Origin: Octopus vulgaris
Taxonomy: Eukaryota
DNA length: 64,000 nt
Direction of reading: 5' to 3'
NCBI GenBank assembly: GCA_951406725.2
Contig: OX597830.1
Coordinates: 22,878,001-22,942,000 of the forward strand
Part shown: positions 13,561-29,899 of the stretch, one piece after another
Numbering within the stretch: position 1 is the stretch's first letter
Layout: each line of letters begins with the position of its first letter
Position numbers and translations under genes: made by a program
The notes under the pieces: generated by a model
What the model was told of the DNA's origin: nothing
Database searches by the model: none
What the model saw: only the letters and a program-made list of their open reading frames with translations

Positions 13561-14308
13561 AACAAAAGATATAGAGAATTACTGCCTTTGATGGCATAAA
13601 AGACACACGGACATATTAGATGCACTCCAATTTCAGCAGCGCGTATTCAGGAGAAAAAGTGTTTTTAGTACATTAAGTTATGTAATATAGGCCCAACTTT
13701 GCATACAGGAATCGAGGTGTTTTTTTTAAGCGTTTTTTGAAGGAAAATGTGTATTGAATGCCATCAAGTACGGTATTTTGTTTTAAAGCAATTCAGAATT
13801 TTGCAATTCAGTTTTGCAGACGACCGATTTTGCTATTCAATTTTGCAGACGACCGACGTTTCAACAAAATGCATGAAAACGAGGAGTTACGTACCTCTTA
13901 CAATTTTTCTTACCTACTCTTCCAGATCAGAAAACCACATACTATTGACGAAGAATTGATCCTAGTAGCTGTTGGTGAGGTTCTACATAGCTTGTTATAC
14001 AAACTCAGCAACTGAAATAATCAATAAAATTCCTTTGAGGAATAATACAATACAATGTCGAATAGACGAAATAACCAAAGATCCAATTTTTTCTAAGGTC
14101 TGCCTAATTTTTGTTACAGCTATATGAACCAACTCTGCGAACATAAACTAGCATTAAGAACTCATTCGAGACTTTAATGTTAGTTTATGTTCGGTTATAA
14201 AGGGCGAAAAAACACACAGAGACAAAAAAACACAAGAGTTTATTATTTGCTAGACATTTGGTAACAAATTCTAAAAGGAGAATCGATAATTCTTGCAGAG
14301 GAGATGCT

Positions 14309-14346
14309 TCCTTCCTTTCTTTCTTTCTTTCTTCCTCCCTCCCTCC

Positions 14347-14388
<42 letters not shown>

Positions 14389-14426
14389 ATCTTCCTTCCT
14401 CCCTTTCTTTCTTTCTTCCTTCCGCC

Positions 14427-14483
<57 letters not shown>

Positions 14484-14636
14484 TTTCTTTCTCCCTCCCT
14501 TTCTTTCTTCCTTTCTTTCTTTCTTTCGTTCTTCCTTTCTTCCTTCATTTCTTTCTTTCTTCCTTTCTTTCTTTCTTCCTCCCTCCCTTTCTGCCTTTCT
14601 TTCTTTATTTCTTTTTTTCTTTCTTTCTTTCTTTCA

Positions 14637-14667
<31 letters not shown>

Positions 14668-14706
14668 TCCCTCCCTTCCTTCCTTCCTTCCTTCCTTCCT
14701 TCCTTT

Positions 14707-14740
<34 letters not shown>

Positions 14741-14822
14741 TTCTTTCTTTCTTCCTTCCGCCCTTTCTTTCTTTCTTTCTTTCTCCCTCCCTTTCTTTCT
14801 TTCTTTCTTTCTTCCTCCCTCC

Positions 14823-14855
<33 letters not shown>

Positions 14856-14866
14856 TCCCTCCCTCC

Positions 14867-14915
<49 letters not shown>

Positions 14916-14928
14916 TCCCTCCCCCTTC

Positions 14929-14978
<50 letters not shown>

Positions 14979-15031
14979 TTCTTTCTTTCTTTCTTTCTTC
15001 CTTCCGCCCTTTCTTTCTTTCTTTGTCCCCC

Positions 15032-15096
<65 letters not shown>

Positions 15097-15155
15097 TCAC
15101 TCCCTTTCTTTCTTTCTTTCTTTCTTTCTTTATTTATTTATTTATTTCTCCCTCC

Positions 15156-15204
<49 letters not shown>

Positions 15205-15211
15205 TCCCTCC

Positions 15212-15244
<33 letters not shown>

Positions 15245-15361
15245 TCCCTCCCTTTCTTTCTTTCTTTCTTTTTTCTTCCTCCCTCCCTTTCTTTATTTCT
15301 TTCTTTCTTCCTTCTTTATCCCTCCCTTTCTTTATTTCTTTCTTTCTTCCTCCCTCCCTCC

Positions 15362-15402
<41 letters not shown>

Positions 15403-15493
15403 TTTCTTTCTTTCTTTCTTTCTTTCTTCCTTTCTTCCTCCATCCCTTTCTTTATTTCTTTCTTTCTTCCTTTCTTCCTCCCTCCCTTCCTTC

Positions 15494-15539
<46 letters not shown>

Positions 15540-15585
15540 TTCTTTCTTTCTTTCTTCCGCCCTTTCTTTCTTTCTTTCTCCCTCC

Positions 15586-15667
<82 letters not shown>

Positions 15668-15765
15668 TCCCTCCCTTCCTTCCTTCCTTTCTTTCTTTCT
15701 TTCTTTCTTCCTTCCACCCTTTCTTTCTTTCTTTCTCCCTCCCTTTCTTTCTTTCTTTCTTTTTT

Positions 15766-15803
<38 letters not shown>

Positions 15804-15833
15804 TCCCTCCCTTTCTTTCTTCCTTTCTTTCTG

Positions 15834-15867
<34 letters not shown>

Positions 15868-15910
15868 TTCCTTCCTTTATTTCTTTCTTTCTTTCTTTCT
15901 TCCTCCCTCC

Positions 15911-15941
<31 letters not shown>

Positions 15942-16022
15942 TTTTTCTTTCTTTCTTTCTTTCTTTCTTCCTTTCTTCCTCCCTCCCTTTCTTTATTTCT
16001 TTCTTTCTTTCTTCCTCCCTCC

Positions 16023-16059
<37 letters not shown>

Positions 16060-16430
16060 TTTCTTTCTTTCTTCCTTTCTTTCTTTCTTTCTTTCTTCCT
16101 TTCTTTCTTTCTTTCTTTCATCCTTCCTTCCGCCCTTTCTTTCTTTCTTTCTCCCTCCCTTTCTTTCTTTCTTTCTTTCTTTCTTCCTCCCTATCTTTCT
16201 TTCTTTCTTTCTTTCCTTCTTTCTTCCTCCCTCCCTCCCTTTCTTTCTTTCCTTCTTTCTTCCTCCCTCCCTCCCTCCCTTTCTTTCTTTCCTTCTTTCT
16301 TCCTCCCTCCCTCCCTCCCTTTCTTTCTTTCCTTCTTTCTTCCTCCCTCCCTCCCTCCCTTTCTTTCTTTCTTCCTTCCTTTCTTTCTTTCTTTCTTCCT
16401 TTCTTTCTTTCTTCCTTTCTTCCTTTCTTC

Positions 16431-16467
<37 letters not shown>

Positions 16468-16546
16468 TCCCTCCCTTCCTTCCTTCCTTCCTTTCTTTCT
16501 TTCTTTCTTCCTTCCACCCTTTCTTTCTTTCTTTCTTTCTCCCTCC

Positions 16547-16619
<73 letters not shown>

Positions 16620-16657
16620 TCCCTCCCTCCCTTTCTTTCTTCCTTTCTTTCTGTCAT

Positions 16658-16699
<42 letters not shown>

Positions 16700-16901
16700 T
16701 TCCGTCCTTTATTTCTTTCTTTCTTTCTTTCGTCCTCCCTTTCTTTCTTTCTTTCTTTCTTCCTCCCTCCCTTTCTTTCTTTCTTTCTTTCTTTCTTTTT
16801 TCTTTCTCTCTTTCTTTTTTTCTTTCTTTCTTTCTTCCTTTCTTCCTCCCTCCCTTTCTTTATTTCTTTCTTTCCTTTCTTCCTCCCTCCCTTTCTTTAT
16901 T

Positions 16902-16967
<66 letters not shown>

Positions 16968-17034
16968 TTTCTTTCTTTCTTTCTTTCTTTCTTTCATCCT
17001 TCCTTCCGCCCTTTCTTTCTTTCTTTCTCCCTCC

Positions 17035-17071
<37 letters not shown>

Positions 17072-17231
17072 TCCCTATCTTTCTTTCTTTCTTTCCTTCT
17101 TTCTTCCTCCCTCCCTCCCTTTCTTTCTTTCCTTCTTTCTTCCTCCCTCCCTCCCTCCCTTTCTTTCTTTCCTTCTTTCTTCCTCCCTCCCTCCCTCCCT
17201 TTCTTTCTTTCTTCCTTCCTTTCTTTCTTTC

Positions 17232-17262
<31 letters not shown>

Positions 17263-17443
17263 TTTCTTTCTTTCTTTCTTCCTCCCTCCCTTTCTTTCTT
17301 TCTTTCTTCCTCCCTCCCTCTCCCTCCCTCCCTCCCTCCCTCCCTCCCTTTCTTTCTTTCTTTCTTTCTTCCTTTCTTTCTTCCTTTCTTTCTTCCTCCC
17401 TTTGTTTGTTTGTTTGTTTCTTTCTTTCCTTCTTTGTTTCCTT

Positions 17444-17478
<35 letters not shown>

Positions 17479-17571
17479 CCTCCCTTTCTTTCCTTCTTTC
17501 TTCCTCCCTCCCTCCCTCCCTTTCTTTATTTCTTTCTGTCTTTCTTCCTCCCTCCCTCCCTCCCTCCCTCC

Positions 17572-17604
<33 letters not shown>

Positions 17605-17619
17605 TCCCTCCCTCCCTCC

Positions 17620-17656
<37 letters not shown>

Positions 17657-17851
17657 TACCTCCCTCCCTTTCTTTATTTCTTTCCCTCTTTCCTCCCTCC
17701 CTACCTCCCTCCCTTTCTTTCTTTCTTTCTCTCTTTCTTTCTTTCTCTCTTTCTTTCTCTCTTTCTTTCTCTGTTTCTTTCTTTCTTTCCTTCTTTCTTT
17801 CCTTCCTTCTTTCTTTCTTTGTTCCTCCCTCCCTCCCTTTCTTTCTTTCTT
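14309..17851. repeat. 3.5-kb compound polypyrimidine satellite (TTTC/TTCC/CTCC)
   Basis: Almost purine-free plus strand; this explains the three ~1200-aa F/L/S/P ORFs. Confidence 0.95.
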
Positions 17852-18053
17852 AAGGGAAATGCGTTACTTGACAGATTATTCAGAACAACATTGCCTGTGT
17901 GGTTTAAAACCTTGCTTTGCAACCACGCGGTTTCGGTTTCAATTCCACTCCACAGCGCCTCGAGCAAGTGTCTTCTGCTATACAGTCTCGGGTCAGCTAA
18001 CGCTGTGTGAATGGATTTGGTAGACGGAAACTATATGGAAGCTCGGTATATAT

Positions 18054-18114
<61 letters not shown>

Positions 18115-19609
18115 CACACACATATATATATATATACGTATGTATGTGTGTATGTATGTATGTATGTATGTATGTATGTATGTATGTATGCGCGTATTTG
18201 TATTTTTCCCTGAGAGCGCGTGGTTTAGCAGTTAGTGATATTCGGCTCTCAATCGTAAGCTCGTGAGTTCGATTCCCAGCAGCGTGTTGTATCCTTGAGC
18301 AAGACGTTGCTTCAGTTTACTCGGCTGGCCAGAATGAACAATAATTCAAGAGCCAGCCTTGTCGCATTTTGTTTCACGTTGAACCTCCCCTAAGAACTAC
18401 GTTAAGGGTATGTGTGTTTGTGGAGTGCTCAGCCACTTGCACGTTACTTTCACGCGCGGGTTGTTCCGGTGACCGGATCAACTGGAGCGCTCATCGCCGT
18501 AATCAACGGAGTGCCAGTTTGTCTTCCATCCATCGCTCGACAACCGGTGATGGTTTCTTTACATTCCCGTAACTCAACACTTCGGTAAAAAAGACCGATA
18601 ACATATGTACCAGACTTGAAAATAAGCAGTGGGGTTGATTTGTTCGACTAAAACCATTCAAAGCAGTTAAAGCGACGAACAGGGCCACAGTCGAATAATT
18701 AACAGAAGAAGAAGAATGATAGACGGAATAAAAATACGAAAAAAAATTTAATCGAGTGTTGAAATACGCCACGCAGAAGTTTGTTGGTTGTTTATAGAAC
18801 GACACTTGTCTTATTTTACAAGTTTTCTTGAGACACATTCAGGAATTCTTAGGAAACAATGATGTTTACATGCGAGATAACTTAAAGAAGTTGAAAACTG
18901 ACTTAGTTTATATGTTTGGTTTATATTTCAAGTTAAAAGGAATGAATGTGCGGCTGTATTCTCTCTCTTTTTTACTCTCTTTTACTTGTTTCAGTCATGT
19001 GAGTGCGGCCATGCTGGAGCGCCGCCTTTAGTCGAGCAAATTGACCCAAGTATAGGTTGGTTTACGTTCCTGTAACTTAGCGATTCGACAAAAGAGAATC
19101 AATAGAATAACTATCAGGATTAAAAAATAAGTAATGAAGTCGATTCGTTCGAATAAACGCTTTAAGACTGTGCTCCTTCATGGCCGCAGTCCAGTGACTG
19201 AAGTAAATAAAAGAAAGATAAAAGAAAAGAAAAGAACAAAAATACATAATGATGACGTTCGGGTTTTCTGTTTTCATTTGGATGGGTCACATAAAGATTT
19301 CCCTGAATATTTGGAAGGGAAGACTTTCACAAACAATTTGAAGATATTTTTACCATAGATATTCCAGATAAGGTTTAGATAAATTTTCATGTGTTGACGG
19401 ATACAGAAATGCGATTATAAGAATGAATTAAAAACCAACGTAGGGTTGAGCCTCAAATTTAAGAACGTGCCATCATTTCTAGATAAAGCATCGAATATTT
19501 ATAATGGTGTTCTATGTATGATTCTTAATGTAGATACGTTGTTGAAAGGCAAATTTATTGTGGTATTCGTCCAGAGATAACGTCTCTTATAGACGTGGTG
19601 CATTTATGA

Positions 19610-21875
<2,266 letters not shown>

Positions 21876-21934
21876 AAGCCACAAACGCACTGTTCTAAGT
21901 GACTGACAAAGGGAGTTAAGATCCGAGCGTACAT

Positions 21935-21990
21935 AGCCGGATCGCGATTTCGGATTTTGGTGTTGACCATGCTAATCCTCATCAGCGGCT
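21935..21990 (-). ncRNA. Type-I hammerhead ribozyme (canonical core)
   Basis: Minus strand AGCCG-CUGAUGA-GGAUU...AAUCC-GAAA-UCGCGA-UC-CGGCU: 5-bp stem I, 5-bp stem II, palindromic stem III, AUC cleavage triplet. Confidence 0.85.
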
Positions 21991-23619
21991 CTTAACGCCT
22001 AGGGTTAAACTCAACTACCTCTGTCAGTCTTTTAAGAAGAACCGTTGAAAACGTGTTCTGATTTCCAAAAGGGTAAAAGTGTAAAGGACAAATTGAAAAA
22101 AGGTGGCTTATTAGCAATTAGAACGCAAAGGCAAAATGAATGTCTGTTTTAATCGTTTATGTCAAATGCCTATAGTCATAGTCACCAGCGGTGGTGGTAT
22201 CATCTGAACCTGCTGAGTTAAGTACACGAGCTGGATTTGTATGCTATTGATCGTGCCAGAAGCCAACCTCAAATCAATTTCGACAACTCCCGATTCCCAC
22301 CTCTCTTTCTTACCGAACCTCCCGCTAACACTACTTTTGTGTCGGATTTGTGCCTGCACATAGACACGAGAAAAATGCTATAAAGAAAGAAAATAAATCC
22401 TCGACACCCACAACTCCGAAACCCCTAAACTCACTTATTTCAGAAGATTTTTAGTTGGGATTTTAGACAGAAGTCTTGGAACATACAAGTTCCACATTCC
22501 TGAATTTTTACTCTTCCTGTTCATGGTTTCTGATTACATATGTTGATAGCTTGTTAGTATATCAGTTATACGTGCAAGTTGTAGTTTTCCCCCATTTTAA
22601 TGCGCAAAACATTAGCTGTTACACTGGCAAAGCATTTATTATAAGAAATAGTATATCTAATATATATGTATATATATTCTAAGAACATATAAAACATACA
22701 AAATAAGGCACGCGAAAATAGCTAATTTTTTTTTGATTTTGGGTGTGGTTTGTTATTACTAATCATGCTTTTTTTACTTTCCCAGAAATAGATTTTTATA
22801 GAAACGTAATATTTTATCCTTTAAAAAAAGAATCACATGAAAGCATATTTTATAAATATTTTAAAAGAAAAATAAAGAACGTTGAAAAAATCTTTAAAAA
22901 ATATTGAATATGCTATTGTAAAAAATGCAGGGGCATTTTGTCGCCTACATTGCTAGGTGACGCTGGGTAGCTCTGGTGTTGTGGCTGAAAGGGCCGAGAC
23001 ACTTATCCAGCTGCTTCACTCCCAACAGGGCAACGACGTTGGCCTTCATAGACAAAATGTGGCGGCACGCTCATCACACGAGTGTCTACATTAAATGTTA
23101 AAAGAGCTATAAAGAAGAATACTGAAAAATCTTCAGCGAATATTGAATATGCTATTGTAAAAACAAACGGTAAAAATATTTAGCCTCAGAGCATCCACAA
23201 TAGAATATCATAATAATGTATTCATTATTAAGTGTCTCGTATATAATTCTTTCTAATATAGCACATGGCCTGAAATTTTGTGGGAGAGATATAGTAGATA
23301 ACATCGACCCTAGTGCTTAACTGGTACTCATATTATCGAACCCGAAGGGATGAAAGGCGAAGCTAACTTCGTCAGAATTCGAAATCAGGATGTAAAGAGC
23401 CGGACGAAATACCAGTAAACATTTTATCCAACATGTTAACGATTCTACCAGCTTGCCACCCTTCTATCTCTCTCATATGCACGCGCGCGCACACACACAA
23501 ACACACAAAATTTATCCATTTTCATTATATGTATGTATATATATATGTGTATGTGTGTAAAAATGAATAAATTATATATATATATATACACATATATATG
23601 TATATATATATATATACAC

Positions 23620-23650
<31 letters not shown>

Positions 23651-23681
23651 TTTATATGTGTATATATATATATATATACAC

Positions 23682-23742
<61 letters not shown>

Positions 23743-23794
23743 TGTATATATATATATATATATACATATATGTATATATATATATACATATATG

Positions 23795-23910
<116 letters not shown>

Positions 23911-24087
23911 CATTATGTGCATTAGGTATCAAAGTAATGCCCTTTTTTATAAAAACAAAGATATATACATACAAATAAATTATTTGACGTAAAATAAAGA
24001 AATATAAAAAAAATCATTATTATGACTTAATATAGAAAGCTACACAGGTTTCGTCATCGCTTTTCCCTATAAATATTTATATATATA

Positions 24088-25240
24088 CTTTACTTTGATA
24101 CTTTGATAGGTTTCGGCCATTATTGGCCCAGGCCATGTCTAACTTAATAGCACCACCTGGTGAAGTCTTTCAAGTCAGAATTTGGGCACTATGGCCCACT
24201 CAAGTAGAGAGTTATTGTTTACAGAGACATATCCGGGTGTAGGGGGTTTATCCGGGATTTCTTGAAGGAATCTGTCCAAAGACTTCTTGAACCCTATAGG
24301 GTCAGTTTCTGTTTTAATGTGTTTTGGTGTAATGTTAAAGAGAGCGGGGCCAATTGAGGTGAAATAATTGTGCCGTATTGTTGTTATGAGATGAGAGTGC
24401 GATTTTTGTTTTGGGCGGATGGCACGGGGCCCAAGCCTTGGATGTACCCTAAAGGTGATGCCAACATCATTTGGGCAATGCTGATGGAATATTTTCCACA
24501 TCATGCAGATGATGTAGCGCTCACGACGACGTTGGAGAGAATAAAGTTTTAGCTTTTCTAGTCGACCCCAATAGTCGAGGCCTGTCATGCCATCTACCTT
24601 TTTTGTGATTGCCCTTTGAGGTGCTTCAACTTTTATGATACCTTGTATTGTGTGGGGAGACCACAGTGGACAACAGTATTCAAGGTGGGGTCGGGCAAAA
24701 GTGGAGAAGAGAAGGATAATGGTGTGGATATCTCTCGACTGGAAAGTTCTGAGAATCCAGGAACACATTCTGCGGGCCATGTCAACTTTGGTGTTTATAT
24801 GAGTGGCCCAGCTTATGTTGTTGTCCACAATTACTCCCAAGTCTCTGATGTTGTTGGACGCCGCGAAAGTTTCACCTGAAGGAAGGGAGTATGGGAGTTT
24901 CAGGGCATCCTCTTTTCCAAAGTGGATTAACTCAAATTTATCCTCGTTCAGCAGCATATTGTTTTTTTCTGCCCATTGGATAACAGCCAGTAGATCTGAC
25001 TGAAGGCATGTCCGGTCACTCGCCTCATTTATGACCTTCTGTAGCTTGGAATCATCTGCAAAAATTTTTATGTTGCTGTGCTTGATGATGTCATTAATGT
25101 CATTAATGTAAATGATGAAAAGAAGTGGGCCCAGCACAGTGCCTTGCGGAACGCCACTACTGACTTTGGCTGGGCTTGATTTTACCCCTTCAACTACAAC
25201 ATGTTGAGATCTGTCTGTCAGGAAACACTTGATCCATTTC
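24088..25240 (-). mobile_element. 5'-truncated CR1-type LINE (RT C-terminal half and 3' tail)
   Basis: ORF 24175-25242 with [47 protein letters not shown]; tail ends in (TATCAAAG)/(TAAAG) repeats; 5' junction lies in (TA)n. Confidence 0.9.
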
Positions 25241-25543
<303 letters not shown>

Positions 25544-25829
25544 ATTTCAACAATTGAGGGTAAAATTAATTAATTATTAATCAATTTCACCAAGTGTTCA
25601 GTATGCAAAGGGACCATTTAAGGCGAATTCAAATTATTACATTATATAAAAGGGCTTAGTAAAATAAATTACTTTGCCGCATACTGAACTCATTAGAAAT
25701 AGCAGCTAAAAAACTTTTTAAAGCTATTTCTAATACTTAAAGAAAATCTCTCTCATATATAGTGTTTGCTTAATTCAACTCACAAAAGTTTGGGGTAAGG
25801 ACATCAAAAAATCAAATGCTAAGGTTATT

Positions 25830-25881
25830 TGAGAACGTACGTTTCAAGATTAGTCAAAACGACACTTCTATCATCAGCTCA
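25830..25881 (-). ncRNA. Minimal type-I hammerhead ribozyme
   Basis: UGAG-CUGAUGA-(uAGAaguGUC..GACuaaUCUu)-GAAA-CGUACG-UU-CUCA. Confidence 0.75.
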
Positions 25882-26360
25882 GAAACTCCTTGGTTTGGAT
25901 TTGGAAACACTGAAAGTAAGAACATACCCTTTCGGCTTCTCATCGCTCTCGAAGATCTGCTCGTAACTAACAGTGCCAACAAACTCAAATAAGCAAGCGA
26001 AGAATTTCTGTTCTCCCCTTTCCACCAGCGTGGGTTAAAATCATCAAACACTATGCTTATTTCGGTAAAATCCGAAGCATTAATTAGAGGGAGATTAATT
26101 ATAATTTCAACAATTGAGGGTAAAATTAATTAATTATTAATCAATTTCACCAAGTGTTCAGTATGCAAAGGGACCATTTAAGGCGAATGGTGTTTGATGA
26201 TTTTAACCCACGCTGGTGGAAAGGGGAGAACAGAAATTCTTCGCTTGCTTATTTGAGTTTGTTGGCACTGTTAGTTACGAGCAGATCTTCGAGAGCGATG
26301 AGAAGCCGAAAAGGGTATGTTCTTACTTTCAGTGTTTCCAAATCCAAACCAAGGAGTTTC

Positions 26361-26412
26361 TGAGCTGATGATAGAAGTGTCGTTTTGACTAATCTTGAAA
26401 CGTACGTTCTCA
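26361..26412 (+). ncRNA. Minimal type-I hammerhead ribozyme (inverted copy)
   Basis: Reverse complement of 25830-25881; palindromic ACGUACGU stem III, GUU triplet. Confidence 0.75.
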
Positions 26413-26694
26413 AATAACCTTAGCATTTGATTTTTTGATGTCCTTACCCCAAACTTTTGTGAGTTGAATTAAGCAAACACTATATATGAGAGAGATTTTC
26501 TTTAAGTATTAGAAATAGCTTTAAAAAAGTTTTTTAGCTGCTATTTCTAATGAGTTCAGTATGCGGCAAAGTAATTTATTTTACTAAGCCCTTTTATATA
26601 ATATATATGTATATATGTATATATATATATATGTGTATATATATATATGTGTATATATATATATATATTATATATATATATATATGTATATATA

Positions 26695-26730
<36 letters not shown>

Positions 26731-26736
<6 letters not shown>

Positions 26737-27723
26737 GATGATACAAAAGTTTCACAGACAATACAGAACCCTGAGGACACTAAACGCCTGCAATGTGAGC
26801 TGGACAAAATATACAAGTGGGCTGAAAAGAATAGCATGCAGTTCAATGCTGAAAAGTTTCAAGCTTTATGCTATCAGCATGCAAAACTAAATGCAATACC
26901 CAATGAATACACTGGACCCGGAGGAATTGCAATCCCAGAGGCACAATCAGTGCGTGACCTGGGTATTTACATGAGTGATGATGCAACCTTTCGTGTACAT
27001 GTTGCTAAATTGGCAATGAAATGTAGACGACTGGCCGGATGGATTCTCAGAATCTTTAGAACAAGAGAACAAGAAACCATGATGGTCCTCTGGAGGACAC
27101 TTGTCCTAAGCCACTTTGACTATTGCTCTCAGCTATGGTCACCATCCAGTGTCAAGTTGATCACAAAACTTGAGGCGATCCAACGAAGCTACACGAAGAA
27201 GATAGCCTCTGTGCAGAATATAAGCTACTGTGAAAGACTCAAGAGATTAAAACTCTATTCCTTGGAGCGTAGGCGAGAAAGATATGCCATAATATACATC
27301 TGGAAGATCCTGGAAGGACTTGTCCCAAACTTTGGCATCGAGAGTTACACAAATGCCAGAATTGGGCGTCACTGTGTGGTGCCTAGGACTCCAAATTTGC
27401 CATCAAGATGTATGACAAGATACTGTGATAACCTGGGCTTCTGAGGCCCACAGCTCTTCAATATCCTCCCGAAGAACCTAAGAGACCTGCATGGAGTGGA
27501 TGCAGATGTCTTTAAAATGAAACTGGATTTCTCCTTGTCAGGTATCCCAGATGAACCAACTTCACGGCAGGAGGGGCAGATGAGGGCAGCTGCATCGAAC
27601 TCTCTCATGCACCAAATGGCAGTTGCTAAAAAGCATTCGTGAAGTAAAACCATGTAGCAACAACAAATGGCGGTGCCCCAGCATGGCCACAGCTCGTGAG
27701 CTGAAACTAGAATCAATCAATCA
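26731..27723 (+). mobile_element. 5'-truncated CR1-type LINE, second family
   Basis: Starts at YADDTK inside (TA)n; VRDLG, SHFDYCSQLWSP, LYSLERRRERY; one in-frame TGA at 27442, real stop at 27640; tail followed by (AATC)n then (TA)n. Confidence 0.9.
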
Positions 27724-28610
<887 letters not shown>

Positions 28611-28889
28611 GTTCATATCTATTATATAAAATCCGTTCTGTCTGTGTGTCTTCTAGGATCTCGGGCATCCTCCATCCGATTGCGCTCGAATGTGATATGT
28701 AGATACCGACGGTATCAGGGCGTGTATAAGTCTTGAAAAAATTACAAAAATCGGTTCCAGGTGAGAATGCGATAGATAAAGCCGTGGGAACGTGCATTTG
28801 TACACGCAAGTACATCAACTGTTGCGATCGATACTACGCATTATTTGATTGCAGCCAATATAAGCCATCAGTTAGATACGTATGTAAAG

Positions 28890-29815
28890 ATGATAGGAAG
28901 CGAAATAGAGGTAGTAAAGAGATGAGTAAAACCAAGAACTCATGTTCTAGAATACGGGAAGTCATATGGTTCACCCCCACCCTTTTTCTCTCAGAGTAAG
29001 AAATTTGCCCTAGTTGTTTTTTTAGGATTATGAAGGAGAATTTCCCAAAGAATCATAAATACTACATCATCTTTAAGAAATCCTCCATCAAATTTTCTTA
29101 CTCGGTAATGCCAAATTTGGCCTCAATTATTGCATCTATTAATAGAAGCAAGTTTAATGAGCAAGTGCACTGGAAGTATTCTTTTGCTGAAAACCCTGGT
29201 ATTGGGCAGGTAAGCCCTAATATGCCTAAGATTAGTGCTATAAACCATTTGCTCCCACCGGTCTAATCGAACCCCAGTAATGAGATATGCGAAGGTAAGA
29301 AAGCCGGAAGCCAGATAAGTAATGTTAGTATTAGTAATAAGGTTAGGGATGGCTCTGGTAAATCCTGTAATTGGTAGAAATCCTGGACTATGTCCCCTTG
29401 ATGGAGTTTGTCTCACTACTAATGCTATATATAAATGCATTGTTAAAGAGGAGGGTAATTTGGATAGGTTTTATAAAGGCAGTACTGTAAATTTTAGGGC
29501 TCGGTATAGGACCCACATGAATTCGTTTTCGAACGAAAAATATTGTAACTCCACTACACTTGCCTCTTATATACATAGTTTAAAGAGGAATAATAAAAAT
29601 TATTCTCTTGAATGGTCTGTTATATCGAGGGCCCCTTATTTCAGAGTTAATATCAACAAGTGTTGTAAGTTATGTGTAAGGTAATCCCTTGCCATCCTTA
29701 AGTCTTTTGGGCCTAAAACTTTAAATAAATTTACAGAGGTGATCCCTTTTTGCAACCATAAGTTTTCTTCTACTTTTCTGAAAGCGTACAGAAATAAAAT
29801 TAGATGTGGTAAATA
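28890..29815 (+). pseudogene. Penelope-like element C-terminus: linker and GIY-YIG endonuclease (Naiad-like motifs), decayed
   Basis: VIWFTP, KFSYSVMPN, CN(C)RNPGLCPLDGVC (frameshift about 29373), AIYKC..FYKGST, RYRTHMNSF, STTLASYIH, CKLC, CNH; stops and frameshifts present. Confidence 0.8.
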
Positions 29816-29899
29816 ATATTTAGTTTTACGGGGTTTTGAAACTGGATAGTTAAAGTTCCTATTAACACAGCCTCCTGCATGTTTAGCAAGGAAATAACT

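Noticed and set aside
14258-18023. Three ~1200-aa ORFs and K/E/R-rich antisense ORFs
   Set aside because: Artefact of a purine-free satellite that cannot contain stop codons; open in all frames.
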